A stretch of DNA of 64,000 nt from an uncultured bacterium (GTDB lineage Bacteria; Chloroflexota; UBA5177; JANWHV01): NCBI GenBank assembly GCA_963827235.1, contig CAWHAE010000016.1:896001-960000 (forward strand), written 5' to 3'. A model generated the notes under the pieces. The model ran no database searches, was not told where the DNA came from, and saw only the letters and a program-made list of their open reading frames with translations. Made by a program: the position numbers and the translations under genes. Positions 10,522-22,233 of this stretch are shown here, piece by piece; the stretch's first letter is position 1; each line of letters begins with the position of its first letter.

Positions 10522-11036
10522 GCAGGCGGTCTGCGCCCAGACCGCAATTTACGCTACCCCGTCGAGATCCTATCGTCAAGTGCTGCGCTCCGCGCGCTCA
10601 CGTGGTAACCTTCCGCGGCCTGGCGTCAATCTTCAGCGGACAATGACAGACCGTATCGTCGGAGGTGCCGCGCTCGCGGTCGGGCGCGGTGCCGAACACG
10701 CCTTGCAACCGGGCCATGACCTGATGTGGATGGTCGGCACCGGACCGCTGTCGGTACATGGGCAGCTTTGACCTGCTCTTGCACATTAGTCCCGATATAG
10801 TAGTGTTAAGTGAGACTCTGCGATTCTTCCCCGTCACAGGCGTCGCGATGCACTCCCTCCAGCCAACGGGCGATCATCATCTGCTGGAGACAGGGGAAGG
10901 CGCTCACTAGCTACTCGCCGGCAGGTGCAGAGGTCTGGCTGCGGTGCTCGTCGCCCTGCGCGCGCACGGGATCGAGTCGAAGCCACGCTGCACTTGTCTC
11001 AGTCACGCCAGTCGCAACGATGAAGGCAAACCATAG

Positions 11037-11828
11037 ATGAACATCGACGAACGATTGATCGGCCTGCGCGGCGTTGGCATCCTGGCCGCCACTTCAGACG
11101 ATGTGCTTGCAGAGGTGGCACAGGGCCTCACCGCAGTGACTGTCGAAGCCGGTCAGACCATCTTCGCAAAGGGTGAGGCCGGTGACTCACTCTACATCAT
11201 CGCCGACGGCAAAGTCGGCATCTTCGATGGCCCATTGCTTCTCGGCCACCACTATCCCGGCGATGTATTTGGAGAGATGGCAGTACTGGATTCACAGACG
11301 CGGAGTGCCACGGCAGTTGCAGCGACCGTGTGCAGGCTCTACCGGCTCAGTAGCACCGAGTTTCGCCATCTGCTCAGCGAGCGTGGTGAGGTGGCCGAAG
11401 GCGTCATCAAGGTGCTCTGCGAGCGCCTGCGGAACACCAATTCCAATCGGACCGAGGACTACGAGTACATTCGCATGGTCGAGATGATCACCTCCGCGGC
11501 TCACGATCTTGAGATCTGCACGTTCCGCGCGGAATCCCTTCAGGAGGTGACCCAGCGAACCGACTCGTTGGGACACCTTGCCCGCGTCTTTCTGCGCATG
11601 GCGCGCGAAGTGCAGGCTCGGGAGGAGGCCCTCAAGCAGATGGTTCGTGAGCTGCAAATCGAGATCGACCCTGTGCAGCAGGCTAAGCAGGTGGATGAGA
11701 TTGTCGACACCGACTTCTTCAAGAACCTGCAGGTCCGGGCCCAGTCTACGCGCGGCTCTCGGACCTTCGGCAGAGTCGAACCGGCAGTCGCGGATGTAGT
11801 GTCCGCTAACGACAGCAGTCCGCGATGA
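11037..11828 (+). CDS. Cyclic-nucleotide-binding protein with a HAMP-like segment and conserved C-terminal tail (no HTH, no enzyme domain)
   Basis: GQTIFAKGEAGDSLYIIADGKV...GDVFGEMAVLD..TRSATAVA cNMP cassette, then DSLGHLARVF.RMA.EVQARE...IEID...EI..TDFF. Confidence 0.85.
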   Translation: MNIDERLIGLRGVGILAATSDDVLAEVAQGLTAVTVEAGQTIFAKGEAGDSLYIIADGKVGIFDGPLLLGHHYPGDVFGEMAVLDSQTRSATAVAATVCRLYRLSSTEFRHLLSERGEVAEGVIKVLCERLRNTNSNRTEDYEYIRMVEMITSAAHDLEICTFRAESLQEVTQRTDSLGHLARVFLRMAREVQAREEALKQMVRELQIEIDPVQQAKQVDEIVDTDFFKNLQVRAQSTRGSRTFGRVEPAVADVVSANDSSPR

Positions 11829-12413
11829 GAGGAGCAGTGGTCCGACAAAGCCGGAACCGTCGCGGCTCACCCTTCCAGGCCGCTACCCAATGAATCGACG
11901 CACCCCTGGCAGCATCGTGGACTACCACGTATATGTGCACTACGCGGACACGTGCCGTGCGAGTATCTGTTGTTGCGGTCGCACGGCGGGCTCGACAGGC
12001 CTCCAGTTTGCGCTGAATAGCGAAATACCGGCCGGTTTGTAGCGCCGGATCATGTTCTGGACATCGGACCGGTGCCTCTCAGCCGGGATCGTGAGGAGCG
12101 CGGTCCGCATCACTCAGCGGAGCCTGCCAAGCCGGAAAAGGATCGGGACCACGAGATTGGTACCGGCCGAGACCGACTTACTGCTTCCGTCCAAGCGCCA
12201 TCGGCCTTATGGAGGTCGACCCGACGCAGGTGCAGCAAAGCCACTCCGGCGTGTTCAGCTATGCCAGCAAGCTCACGTAAGACGGCCACCACGTCTCGTG
12301 CCGCACAGGCTGGCCGTCATTTTCTCGGGGCGCGGAAGTGGGGGTCGGCTTCCTGCCGTGCCGGCGACACCACAGGGCAAAGTCCGCTCGTGGTGGTGGA
12401 GGCCGATACGGTA

Positions 12414-12442
12414 TTGACGGGCAATAACGCGTACAGTAGAGT
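12414..12442 (+). promoter_or_regulatory. Putative sigma70-type promoter for the large operon
   Basis: TTGACG (12414-12419), 17 bp, TAGAGT (12437-12442), in a locally AT-rich patch about 245 nt upstream of the AGE gene. Confidence 0.5.
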
Positions 12443-12687
12443 TAGATCTGTCTTTTCTTCCTATACCCAACGATGATCTATGCTCGGGATTCCCACCAAC
12501 CTGCTTGCAGAGATTAGCGCATGTGTGTCGAATCCACGTGGCGCGGCAGTGTATCCTTGCGCTTCGAGAGACTTCAATTGAGATCGGAGGCTACCGGGAC
12601 CAAGTAGTCCATCGACCCACGCCAGGTCAGCAGTAATCCCCGTTGGTACCGATGGTTCTAGAGTCAACTGCAGGGAGAACGGTCGTC

Positions 12688-14505
12688 GTGAGTAACCTCA
12701 GCTTTACCTTCTCTGACACCATTGCTGGTTATGTCACCTCTTTCGACGAAGGTACCCGCACCTTCGGCATGAGGACGTCTGACGCGCGCGAGTTCAGCGT
12801 CAAGATCAGTGATGGCGCCTACGCCGAGCTGTTGCGGAACGCGGATGAGCCCTACAAGGACGCGACGGGTCTGATCAATCGCATGCTGGTACCCGGGCGC
12901 TTCCTCTATGCCTACGGCACGTTTTACCCGGAGGCAACTCTCACCTATGAGGCCAAGCGCCTGATCTTCGTGGGCCGCGACGCCGACGAGTTTCTCTTCG
13001 AGAAACCGGACTGGTGGGTGAATCAGATCTCGTCTATTGGTGACTGCTACCTCCGCTGGCAGTTTGGCGACGAACCGGTCGACTATCGCAACTACCGGAC
13101 ACTGATCAGCCTCACCGGTGGCAAGAAGAGGGACGACTTCCGGCAAGAGACCGACACCATCTCGCGCATGATCTACGGATTCGCATCATGCTATTTGCTC
13201 ACCGGGGAGGACCGGTTCCTGGAGGGCGCCGAGAAGGGCACGGAGTACCTGCGCGAACACATGCGCTTCGTCGACCGCGATGAAAACATTGTGTATTGGT
13301 ACCACGGCATCGACGTGCACGGAGCGCGTGAGGACAAAGTCTTCGCGTCCGAGTTCGGCGATGACTACGACGCGATTCCTGCCTACGAGCAGATATATGC
13401 GCTGGCAGGTCCGATCCAGACGTATCGCGTCACCGGCGATACCAGGATTCTCTCCGATGCCAAGGCTACCATCGATCTGTTCGATCGTTTCTTCATCGAT
13501 AAGGAAGGCAGGGGATACTTCTCGCATATCGATCCGATAACGCTGGATCCTCGAAGCGAGACGCTCGGCCGAAATCGCGCCAAGAAGAACTGGAACTCTG
13601 TTGGCGATCACGCCCCGGCGTATCTGGTCAATCTGTGGCTCGCCACGGGTGACGACCGCTACGCCAAGATGTTGGCCTACTGCGCGGATTGCATCGAACA
13701 GTACTTTCCGGACGACGAGCACAGTCCTTTCGTCCAGGAACGCTTCTTTGAAGATTGGAGCCACGACAAGACGTGGGGCTTCCAGCAGGATCGCGCCGTG
13801 GTGGGTCACAACCTGAAGATTGCCTGGAATCTCACGCGCATCTTCAACATGACGGCTGAAGAGCGCTACGCCACCCTGGCCAAGAAGATCGGCCGCGTCA
13901 TGCCCGCCGTGGGCAGCGACACACAGCGCGGCGGCTGGTACGACATGGTCGAACGGACGCTCAAGCCCGGAGAAAAGTATCACCGCTTCTCCTGGCACGA
14001 TCGCAAGGCGTGGTGGCAGCAGGAGCAAGCCATCCTGTGCTACCAGATCCTGGCCGGTACCTTTGGCGGGAATGAGAATCTGAAGCAGGCGCGCGAGGCT
14101 GCCGCGTTCTACAATGCCTTCCATCTCGACCATGATGATGGCGGTGTCTACTTCAACGTGTTGGCCAACGGCATTCCGTATCTGGTTGGGACCGAGCGCT
14201 ACAAGGGTAGTCATTCGATGAGCTTCTACCACTCGTCGGAGCTCTGCTACTTGTCGGCGGTCTATATCAACCTTCTGCTGACCAAGACGCCGATGGATTT
14301 CTTCTTCAAGCCGTTGCCGTCGGCGTTCCCCGGCAACGTGCTGCGGGTCTCACCCGATATCCTGCCGCCCGGCAGCGTGAAGCTCACCGCGGTGTGGATC
14401 GACGACAAACCGTACAGCGCATTCGACTCGAGCGCTCTGACCGTACAGCTGCCGGATACAAAGGAACAGGTCCGTGTGCGCGTCACGATCACTCCGAGGC
14501 GATAG
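12688..14505 (+). CDS. AGE-family (N-acylglucosamine 2-epimerase superfamily) epimerase/isomerase with extra N- and C-terminal domains
   Basis: SRMIYGFASCYLLTGEDRFLEGAEKG, NSVGDH, VVGHNLK, KAWWQQEQA, KGSHSMSFYH (His triad of the (alpha/alpha)6 AGE fold); GTG 12688 follows GGGAG. Confidence 0.85.
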   Translation: MSNLSFTFSDTIAGYVTSFDEGTRTFGMRTSDAREFSVKISDGAYAELLRNADEPYKDATGLINRMLVPGRFLYAYGTFYPEATLTYEAKRLIFVGRDADEFLFEKPDWWVNQISSIGDCYLRWQFGDEPVDYRNYRTLISLTGGKKRDDFRQETDTISRMIYGFASCYLLTGEDRFLEGAEKGTEYLREHMRFVDRDENIVYWYHGIDVHGAREDKVFASEFGDDYDAIPAYEQIYALAGPIQTYRVTGDTRILSDAKATIDLFDRFFIDKEGRGYFSHIDPITLDPRSETLGRNRAKKNWNSVGDHAPAYLVNLWLATGDDRYAKMLAYCADCIEQYFPDDEHSPFVQERFFEDWSHDKTWGFQQDRAVVGHNLKIAWNLTRIFNMTAEERYATLAKKIGRVMPAVGSDTQRGGWYDMVERTLKPGEKYHRFSWHDRKAWWQQEQAILCYQILAGTFGGNENLKQAREAAAFYNAFHLDHDDGGVYFNVLANGIPYLVGTERYKGSHSMSFYHSSELCYLSAVYINLLLTKTPMDFFFKPLPSAFPGNVLRVSPDILPPGSVKLTAVWIDDKPYSAFDSSALTVQLPDTKEQVRVRVTITPRR

Positions 14506-14520
14506 TGCGCAGGTTGGAGA

Positions 14521-14865
14521 ATGACGATGGAAGTTTCTGTCAACACCGTGGATGGCGCCACGGTCGTAGCTCTCGGTGGTGACATCGACGGCAGCACGGC
14601 ACCGGTAGCCCAAGGCAAGATTCTCGAGCACGTGGTTCCGGGTCAAGCATTGATCCTCGACATGACCGATGTCTCGTACATGTCAAGTGCCGGCCTGCGC
14701 ATGCTCCTGTCTGCCCATCGCTCCGCGGTGGCACAGCAGGCGTCTGTACTCCTGGTCGGTCTGTCCGAGGATCTGCAGGATACCATGGCCGCCACCGGGT
14801 TTCTGGAGTTCTTCAGCACGCATGCAACTGTGCCTGCTGCAATGGCATCACTTGGGAAAGGGTAG
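14521..14865 (+). CDS. STAS anti-anti-sigma factor (RsbV/SpoIIAA-like)
   Basis: GDIDGSTAP...LILDMTDVSYMSSAGLRML; the phospho-acceptor Ser is retained. Confidence 0.9.
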   Translation: MTMEVSVNTVDGATVVALGGDIDGSTAPVAQGKILEHVVPGQALILDMTDVSYMSSAGLRMLLSAHRSAVAQQASVLLVGLSEDLQDTMAATGFLEFFSTHATVPAAMASLGKG

Positions 14866-14870
14866 CGGGC

Positions 14871-16997
<2,127 letters not shown>

Positions 16998-17023
16998 CTG
17001 GGGAACGACTAGGGAGAACGTGC

Positions 17024-17341
17024 ATGGCTTTCAGCTCGACGCTCACGTACGAGGGTAATGTGGCAAAGATTGCCATCAATGGTGAACTCGACGCCAGCTC
17101 GGCACCGGCGTTTCGAGAGAGAATCGAGGAGGCAGCCAACCACAATGTGGGGAAGCTGGTCATCCTGATGTCCGGCCTGACCTATATGGCAAGCGCCGGT
17201 CTGCGCGTGCTCATCTTCGCGAAGCAGAAGATGGGCAACTCGGTGGAGATCGCGCTGATTGGCCTGACGGATCCCGTCAAAGAAACCCTTGAGCTGACCG
17301 GCTTCCAGCATAGCGTGACCATCGCCGATTCCTATGAGTGA
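17024..17341 (+). CDS. STAS anti-anti-sigma factor
   Basis: GELDASSAPAF...LTYMASAGLRVL; GGGAG RBS before ATG 17024. Confidence 0.9.
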   Translation: MAFSSTLTYEGNVAKIAINGELDASSAPAFRERIEEAANHNVGKLVILMSGLTYMASAGLRVLIFAKQKMGNSVEIALIGLTDPVKETLELTGFQHSVTIADSYE

Positions 17342-17465
17342 GGGACAGGGCTAGACGTCGCAAGAGTCGCCACCTGGCCGGCAACTGTGCACTATCGCCT
17401 TGATCACACGTAACCTCCTATCTGTGTCTGGCCACGTGCGCCGGACATAAGGAAGAAACCAGTTC

Positions 17466-18740
17466 ATGAACGGAAACCAAGCCAGGATCCTCATCGTCAG
17501 CGGGACCGAGGCGACATCGGCCCTTCTGACTGAATATGTTGTCCAGCACGGGTTCGTACCTGCCGTCGCCCAGGATGGCACTCAGGCGCTCGCCGCGGCT
17601 CAGGAGAATCCGCCGGATCTGGTCCTTCTTGCCCTCGATCTTCCCGAGGATGGAAGCACCCTGCTTGCCGAGCGCCTCAAAGCCACGCCGGCGCTGTCGA
17701 CGGTGCCTATCGTCGCCATTGCCGCACAAGAACAGCTTGGCAAGATAGAGTACTGCCTGGCCCTGGGCGTCGAGGACTATGTGCTGCTGCCGCTGCATGC
17801 GCCGGTAGTGCGGGCCCGCCTGGACGTGCTGAATGCTCGCCGGCAACATGCCTCGCTTCCGGCAGACACCCAGCGCGAAGAGGCGTTGCTCAAGATCGAG
17901 CGGGATATTCAAATCGGCCGGAACATCCAGCTGAGCTTCCTTCCCCAGTCGCTGCCGGACGTCCCCGGTTGGGAATTGGCGGCGCGCTTCCAGCCTGCCC
18001 GCGAGGTAGCCGGTGACTTCTACGATGCCTTCCCCCTGAATCAGGGCCGGCGGCTCGGCATAGTGATCGCGGATGTCTGTGACAAGGGCGTCGGAGCTGC
18101 CCTGTTCATGGCGCTGTTCCGCAGCTTGATCCGGGCGTTCGCCCAACAGCACTATTCGATCCGCTGGATGGGCGAGGACGAAACGGACTTTCTATCCGAC
18201 CCGGTGAAGGATAGACGACGCGCCATTCCGTCGACCGGCACCACCGCTCTCAAGAATGCCATGTCGCTGACGAACAACTACATCATCACGAATCACGGCG
18301 ACACGAGCATGTTTGCCACCATGTTCTTTGGCGTGCTTGATCCGATGACCGGCGTGCTCAGCTACGTGAATGGCGGTCACAACCCGCCATGGCTGTTCAA
18401 CGACGCCGGTATCAAAACCCGCCTCGTCCCCTCGGGCCCCGCGGTGGGAATGGTACCCGACGCAGACTTCGCCATACGGCAAGTCACCTTCATGCCTGGC
18501 GACACCCTGCTGACCTTCACTGACGGGGTGCCTGAAGCACGAGATCCCGCTGGAGCATTCTTCACCGAGGCCAGGCTGCGCTCGTGTCTCGGCGATCCGG
18601 CACCGCAATCGGCACATGACCTGGTGTCGCGGGTACACGCCGCACTGACCGCGCACATCGGCAGCGCGGTGCAGTTCGACGACATCACGATGCTTGCGGT
18701 GCGCCGCGCTACAGAAGCAGATGTGCTTGCCGTTACCTGA
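17466..18740 (+). CDS. Pseudo-receiver + PP2C (SpoIIE/RsbU-family) phosphatase
   Basis: REC fold lacking the phosphorylation residues; PP2C motifs EVAGDFYD, IADVCDKG, FTDGVPEA, DDITML. Confidence 0.92.
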   Translation: MNGNQARILIVSGTEATSALLTEYVVQHGFVPAVAQDGTQALAAAQENPPDLVLLALDLPEDGSTLLAERLKATPALSTVPIVAIAAQEQLGKIEYCLALGVEDYVLLPLHAPVVRARLDVLNARRQHASLPADTQREEALLKIERDIQIGRNIQLSFLPQSLPDVPGWELAARFQPAREVAGDFYDAFPLNQGRRLGIVIADVCDKGVGAALFMALFRSLIRAFAQQHYSIRWMGEDETDFLSDPVKDRRRAIPSTGTTALKNAMSLTNNYIITNHGDTSMFATMFFGVLDPMTGVLSYVNGGHNPPWLFNDAGIKTRLVPSGPAVGMVPDADFAIRQVTFMPGDTLLTFTDGVPEARDPAGAFFTEARLRSCLGDPAPQSAHDLVSRVHAALTAHIGSAVQFDDITMLAVRRATEADVLAVT

Positions 18741-18797
18741 GGCAGCGGGCATCCCCGCAGCAGCTGCAAGAGACTTCTCGTCTCAAAGGAGAGCATC

Positions 18798-19226
18798 TTG
18801 GACCGTCTGACGGTACCGGGCAAGCTGGAGTCGCTGGAGGCTATCGGCCAGTTTGTGCTTCGCGCGGCGGGTGAAGCCGGCCTGGACAAGAAGGCAGCGT
18901 ACCGGCTTCGCCTCGCAGTGGATGAGATCGCCACAAACATCATCGTGCACGGATATGAAGAGGCAGGCCGGCAGGGTCCCGTCGCTCTTTGGTCCGAGCT
19001 CGACGAGGGTGAGCTTCGCGTGTGCCTAGAGGACTCGGCACTACCGTTCGATCCGCACGCCGCTCGCACGCCCGCCGGCCTGGATCGACCCCTGGAAGAG
19101 CGCGAGATAGGCGGCTTGGGCGTGTTCCTGGCGCTTCGTGGTGTCGACGATCTGCGCTACGAGCGGGCGGGAGACGCAAACCGGAATACCATCGTCGTGC
19201 ATCGTCCAAAGCCAGCAGCCCAGTAG
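18798..19226 (+). CDS. RsbW/SpoIIAB-like anti-sigma Ser kinase (HATPase_c_2)
   Basis: LAVDEIATNIIVHGY, EDSALPFDP, GGLGVFL; TTG start with AAGGAG RBS. Confidence 0.9.
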   Translation: MDRLTVPGKLESLEAIGQFVLRAAGEAGLDKKAAYRLRLAVDEIATNIIVHGYEEAGRQGPVALWSELDEGELRVCLEDSALPFDPHAARTPAGLDRPLEEREIGGLGVFLALRGVDDLRYERAGDANRNTIVVHRPKPAAQ

Positions 19227-19256
19227 GCGAAAGCCGTACTGAGAGAGGGGAACTCC

Positions 19257-20012
19257 ATGTCTCGCATCATCTCGGTTCACAGCTACCGCGGTGGTACCGG
19301 GAAATCGAATACGTCGGCGAATCTCGCGGCGCTGATGGCCGTTGGCGGTCAGCGCGTCGGCATCATCGACACGGACATCATGTCGCCCGGGATTCACGTG
19401 CTGTTCGGCATGTCGCAGGATCCACCGGGACCAGTGCTCAACGACTACCTCTGGGGCAAGTGCGAGATCAAGGACGCCGCGTATGACGTGACAGCCTCGG
19501 TAGCGCCGAACCTGGACGGCAAGGTGTTCCTGGTACCCGCCAGTGTGCAGGCCAACAATATCGCTCGTATCCTGCGTGAGGGTTATGACGTCGGCCTGCT
19601 GAATGATGGATTCAACGCACTTGTCCGCGATCTGAAGCTGGACACGTTGATCATCGATACTCATCCGGGGCTGAACGAAGAAACACTGCTGTCCATTGCC
19701 ATCTCCGATGTGCTGCTGATCGTGCTGCGACCTGACCTGCAAGACTACCAGGGCACCGGTGTGACAGTGCAGGTAGCGCGAAAGCTGAGCGTCCCGCTAT
19801 TGTTGCTCGTGGTGAACAAGTGCCCCCTCAGCCTGGACGTCGACGCGGTACGGACCCGCGTGCAGGAGGCCTACAACAGCGAGGTGGCGGCGGTGTTCCC
19901 GCACTCAGACGAGATCATGACCCTCGCGAGCGGCGGCGTGTTTACGGTGAAGTACCCGGATCTGCCGGTTACGAAGACGTTCAAGCAGCTCGTGGGCCGC
20001 ATCCTTCAGTGA
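19257..20012 (+). CDS. MinD/ParA-family ATPase with Arg at the signature-Lys position
   Basis: HSYRGGTGKS deviant Walker A, IIDTDIMSPG, IIDTHPG, LVVNK. Confidence 0.9.
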   Translation: MSRIISVHSYRGGTGKSNTSANLAALMAVGGQRVGIIDTDIMSPGIHVLFGMSQDPPGPVLNDYLWGKCEIKDAAYDVTASVAPNLDGKVFLVPASVQANNIARILREGYDVGLLNDGFNALVRDLKLDTLIIDTHPGLNEETLLSIAISDVLLIVLRPDLQDYQGTGVTVQVARKLSVPLLLLVVNKCPLSLDVDAVRTRVQEAYNSEVAAVFPHSDEIMTLASGGVFTVKYPDLPVTKTFKQLVGRILQ

Positions 20013-20078
20013 CCGCCGGTGACTGTCGCCTCCCAGCATGCACACGCGTCTCGCGGTCCGGGCTGAGGGATTCCCAGC

Positions 20079-20438
20079 ATGAGTAGGGCCGAGATCCGGG
20101 CCTGGCTTGATCGAAATCGAGATCATCCGCGAGCCGAGGGTATATCGGCGGTCGATTTACTGGATCTTCCGCCGGTACTCAACCAGGTCGTGCGTGTGCT
20201 GCTCACACACGAGGCCCTGACGCAAGTGCAGATAGCAGCGGCGCTGGTCGCCTTGCCTGACACACTCTGGCGCCAGGACAGGAACCTCGCGTTCGCGCTC
20301 GATGGCCTCGTGGAGCAGCAGTGGCTGCGCCGTGTTGCCGGCAACTCCCCAGTGCAAGATCCGGTCTATCGGGTCAATCTGCGGACGCAAACGCGCACCA
20401 CGGTTGTGAGCAGCGGATGGGAGTGCAGCGATTTCTAG
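20079..20438 (+). CDS. Small hypothetical protein, possibly a winged-helix partner of the MinD-like ATPase
   Basis: 119 aa, in operon position; GISAVDLLDLP...LDGLVEQQWLRR...YRVNL is reminiscent of a wHTH. Confidence 0.55.
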   Translation: MSRAEIRAWLDRNRDHPRAEGISAVDLLDLPPVLNQVVRVLLTHEALTQVQIAAALVALPDTLWRQDRNLAFALDGLVEQQWLRRVAGNSPVQDPVYRVNLRTQTRTTVVSSGWECSDF

Positions 20439-20466
20439 ATCAGTGGGGCTGCAGAGGAGCGCAAAT

Positions 20467-21531
20467 ATGCAACGTGCCTTTTTGAGCGTCCTTAGCCGGG
20501 CTGCACGACTACCGGCGTCAGCCACGTGGCTGGCTCGGCCGGTGATAGCCAGGGTCAGCCTTTGGATCCAAATGCTGGCTATATTCCTGCTGCTCTTTGC
20601 CGTGGCCTTTGGAGGGATGGCCTACCTGTTCTACACCAACTCGACCGATCAGGCCATGACTGTGCTGCGCAACGACTTGAGCGGCAGCGCTACCGATCTC
20701 GCCAAGCACCTGAACGCTTCGGACTTGACGACGATACAGACTACCAGGCGGATGACCGGCGACTACACGGCCGTGCAGGCACAGCTCCTGTACTTGAAGG
20801 ATTCCGATCCCAAGATCTACGGCGCCTACGTCTTCACGCGCAATCCTGCCAATCCGCGCACGATGCTCTGGGTGGTCACTTCCAACCTGCATCCAACAAA
20901 GAGATGCCGTCCGGTTCCCGGTTGCAGCTACGATCCCAAAACGCACCTGGGGGAAATGTCCGCGGCGTTTGAGCATCCTACTACCAGTCCCGGTATCTAC
21001 AGCGACGTATATGGCTCGTGGCTATCGGGATATGCCCCGATCCGCGACGCCAAAGGCACCGCGGTGGCTATTGCCGAGGTTGACATGACCGCGCAGTCGG
21101 TCATCGACGTGCAGAATGCCATCAAAGCCGCCAGCTTGCGGGTATTCATCATTGTCTTGGTCTGCTTGCTGGCCATTATCCCGTTCATGGCTGCAATTAT
21201 CACGAACCCACTCAAGATGGTGACCGCGGCGGCTCGCGCGCTCGAGCTTGGCACGTCTCCCAACCGGGCTGAGCTCCAGCGGGCAACTCAAGGCCACGAC
21301 GAGGTGAGCCAGCTGGCACGGGTGTTCAGCCGCATGGCCGACGAGGTACAGGCCCGCGAACAGAGGCTGAAACGCCAGGTAGAGGAGCTGAAGATTGAAA
21401 TCGACCTGACCAAGCAGCAAAGCGAGGTGGCCGAGATCACCGAGACGGACTTCTTCCGACAGCTCCAGCAGAAGGCGCAACGCATGCGCGCGCGCACCAC
21501 GGGATCGGTACAGGTAGCACCGGCCACGTAA
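20467..21531 (+). CDS. Membrane sensor: 2 TM, extracytoplasmic Cache-like domain, HAMP, conserved C-terminal tail, no catalytic output
   Basis: YSDVYGSWLSGYAPIRDAKG..VAIAEVD; HAMP PLKMVTAAA...DEVSQLARVFSRMA; ends in IEID...EITETDFF; GAGGAG RBS. Confidence 0.85.
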   Translation: MQRAFLSVLSRAARLPASATWLARPVIARVSLWIQMLAIFLLLFAVAFGGMAYLFYTNSTDQAMTVLRNDLSGSATDLAKHLNASDLTTIQTTRRMTGDYTAVQAQLLYLKDSDPKIYGAYVFTRNPANPRTMLWVVTSNLHPTKRCRPVPGCSYDPKTHLGEMSAAFEHPTTSPGIYSDVYGSWLSGYAPIRDAKGTAVAIAEVDMTAQSVIDVQNAIKAASLRVFIIVLVCLLAIIPFMAAIITNPLKMVTAAARALELGTSPNRAELQRATQGHDEVSQLARVFSRMADEVQAREQRLKRQVEELKIEIDLTKQQSEVAEITETDFFRQLQQKAQRMRARTTGSVQVAPAT

Positions 21532-21594
21532 GCGTGGCGCGTCAGTTCGACAGCGTGCCGGGACATAAATCGCTAGACAGGAAGCACGAGAACC

Positions 21595-22122
21595 ATGTAT
21601 GAAGCGACTCTGACCGCGGAGATCGGCGAGGGCCGCGCGGTTCGCCGCCGTCTCGCTCTGCGAGAGGCAACACCTGATGACCGAGAGCGGCTGATGGACT
21701 TCATCGGCCGCTCAGGCCTGGAGGCAGCAGGAGCCCTCGAGCCGGGTACCCGATTCTGGGTAGGGGAGAACGCCGGCGGCCGGATCGTCGCGAGCACCGG
21801 CATGGAGTACGGAGCAGCAGCAGTGCTCTTGCGCAGCACCGCCGTGGACTCCGCATACAGGCATCGCGGCCTGGCCCTGGCGCTCTACGAATTTCGCTTT
21901 GCCGTGGCTCTGGCAGAGGGCTACGACGTCGCCTATGCGTTCTGCGATACGCCGGCCTTCATGCTGCGCACGGGCTGGCGTGCCGTGCCGGTCACGGAAC
22001 TGGTAGAGGCGCTGCCGGCCAGCTATCAGGTCGCGCATTTCGCGCGCCTCGGCTGGCTGCCTACGGAGCACGCCTTCCGCAAAGACCTGAGAACAAGCCT
22101 GATAACGAGGGGAGACGATTAA
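21595..22122 (+). CDS. GNAT-family acetyltransferase
   Basis: LLRSTAVDSAYRHRGLA acetyl-CoA motif. Confidence 0.8.
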   Translation: MYEATLTAEIGEGRAVRRRLALREATPDDRERLMDFIGRSGLEAAGALEPGTRFWVGENAGGRIVASTGMEYGAAAVLLRSTAVDSAYRHRGLALALYEFRFAVALAEGYDVAYAFCDTPAFMLRTGWRAVPVTELVEALPASYQVAHFARLGWLPTEHAFRKDLRTSLITRGDD

Positions 22123-22233
22123 CCGCGCTGGACAGAACCACCGCTCCTGGTAGCAGGCCGGACGCTGCCGGCCCATGTGATGCGTGGCATCACCTATGCA
22201 AGTGAAGATGCTGGTCAATGAAAGGGCAGATGG

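Noticed and set aside
12110-12330. Possible AAA-ATPase remnant (AVLRELAGIAEHAGVALL)
   Set aside because: Too short, needs a frameshift and has no Walker motifs; cannot be supported without a search.
12370-12410. Second c-di-GMP-I riboswitch (cacagggcaaa)
   Set aside because: No GNRA-capped P2 and no GACGCAAAGC-like segment follow.
19257-20012. Cell-division minD
   Set aside because: No minC/minE, an altered signature residue and a signalling-operon context.
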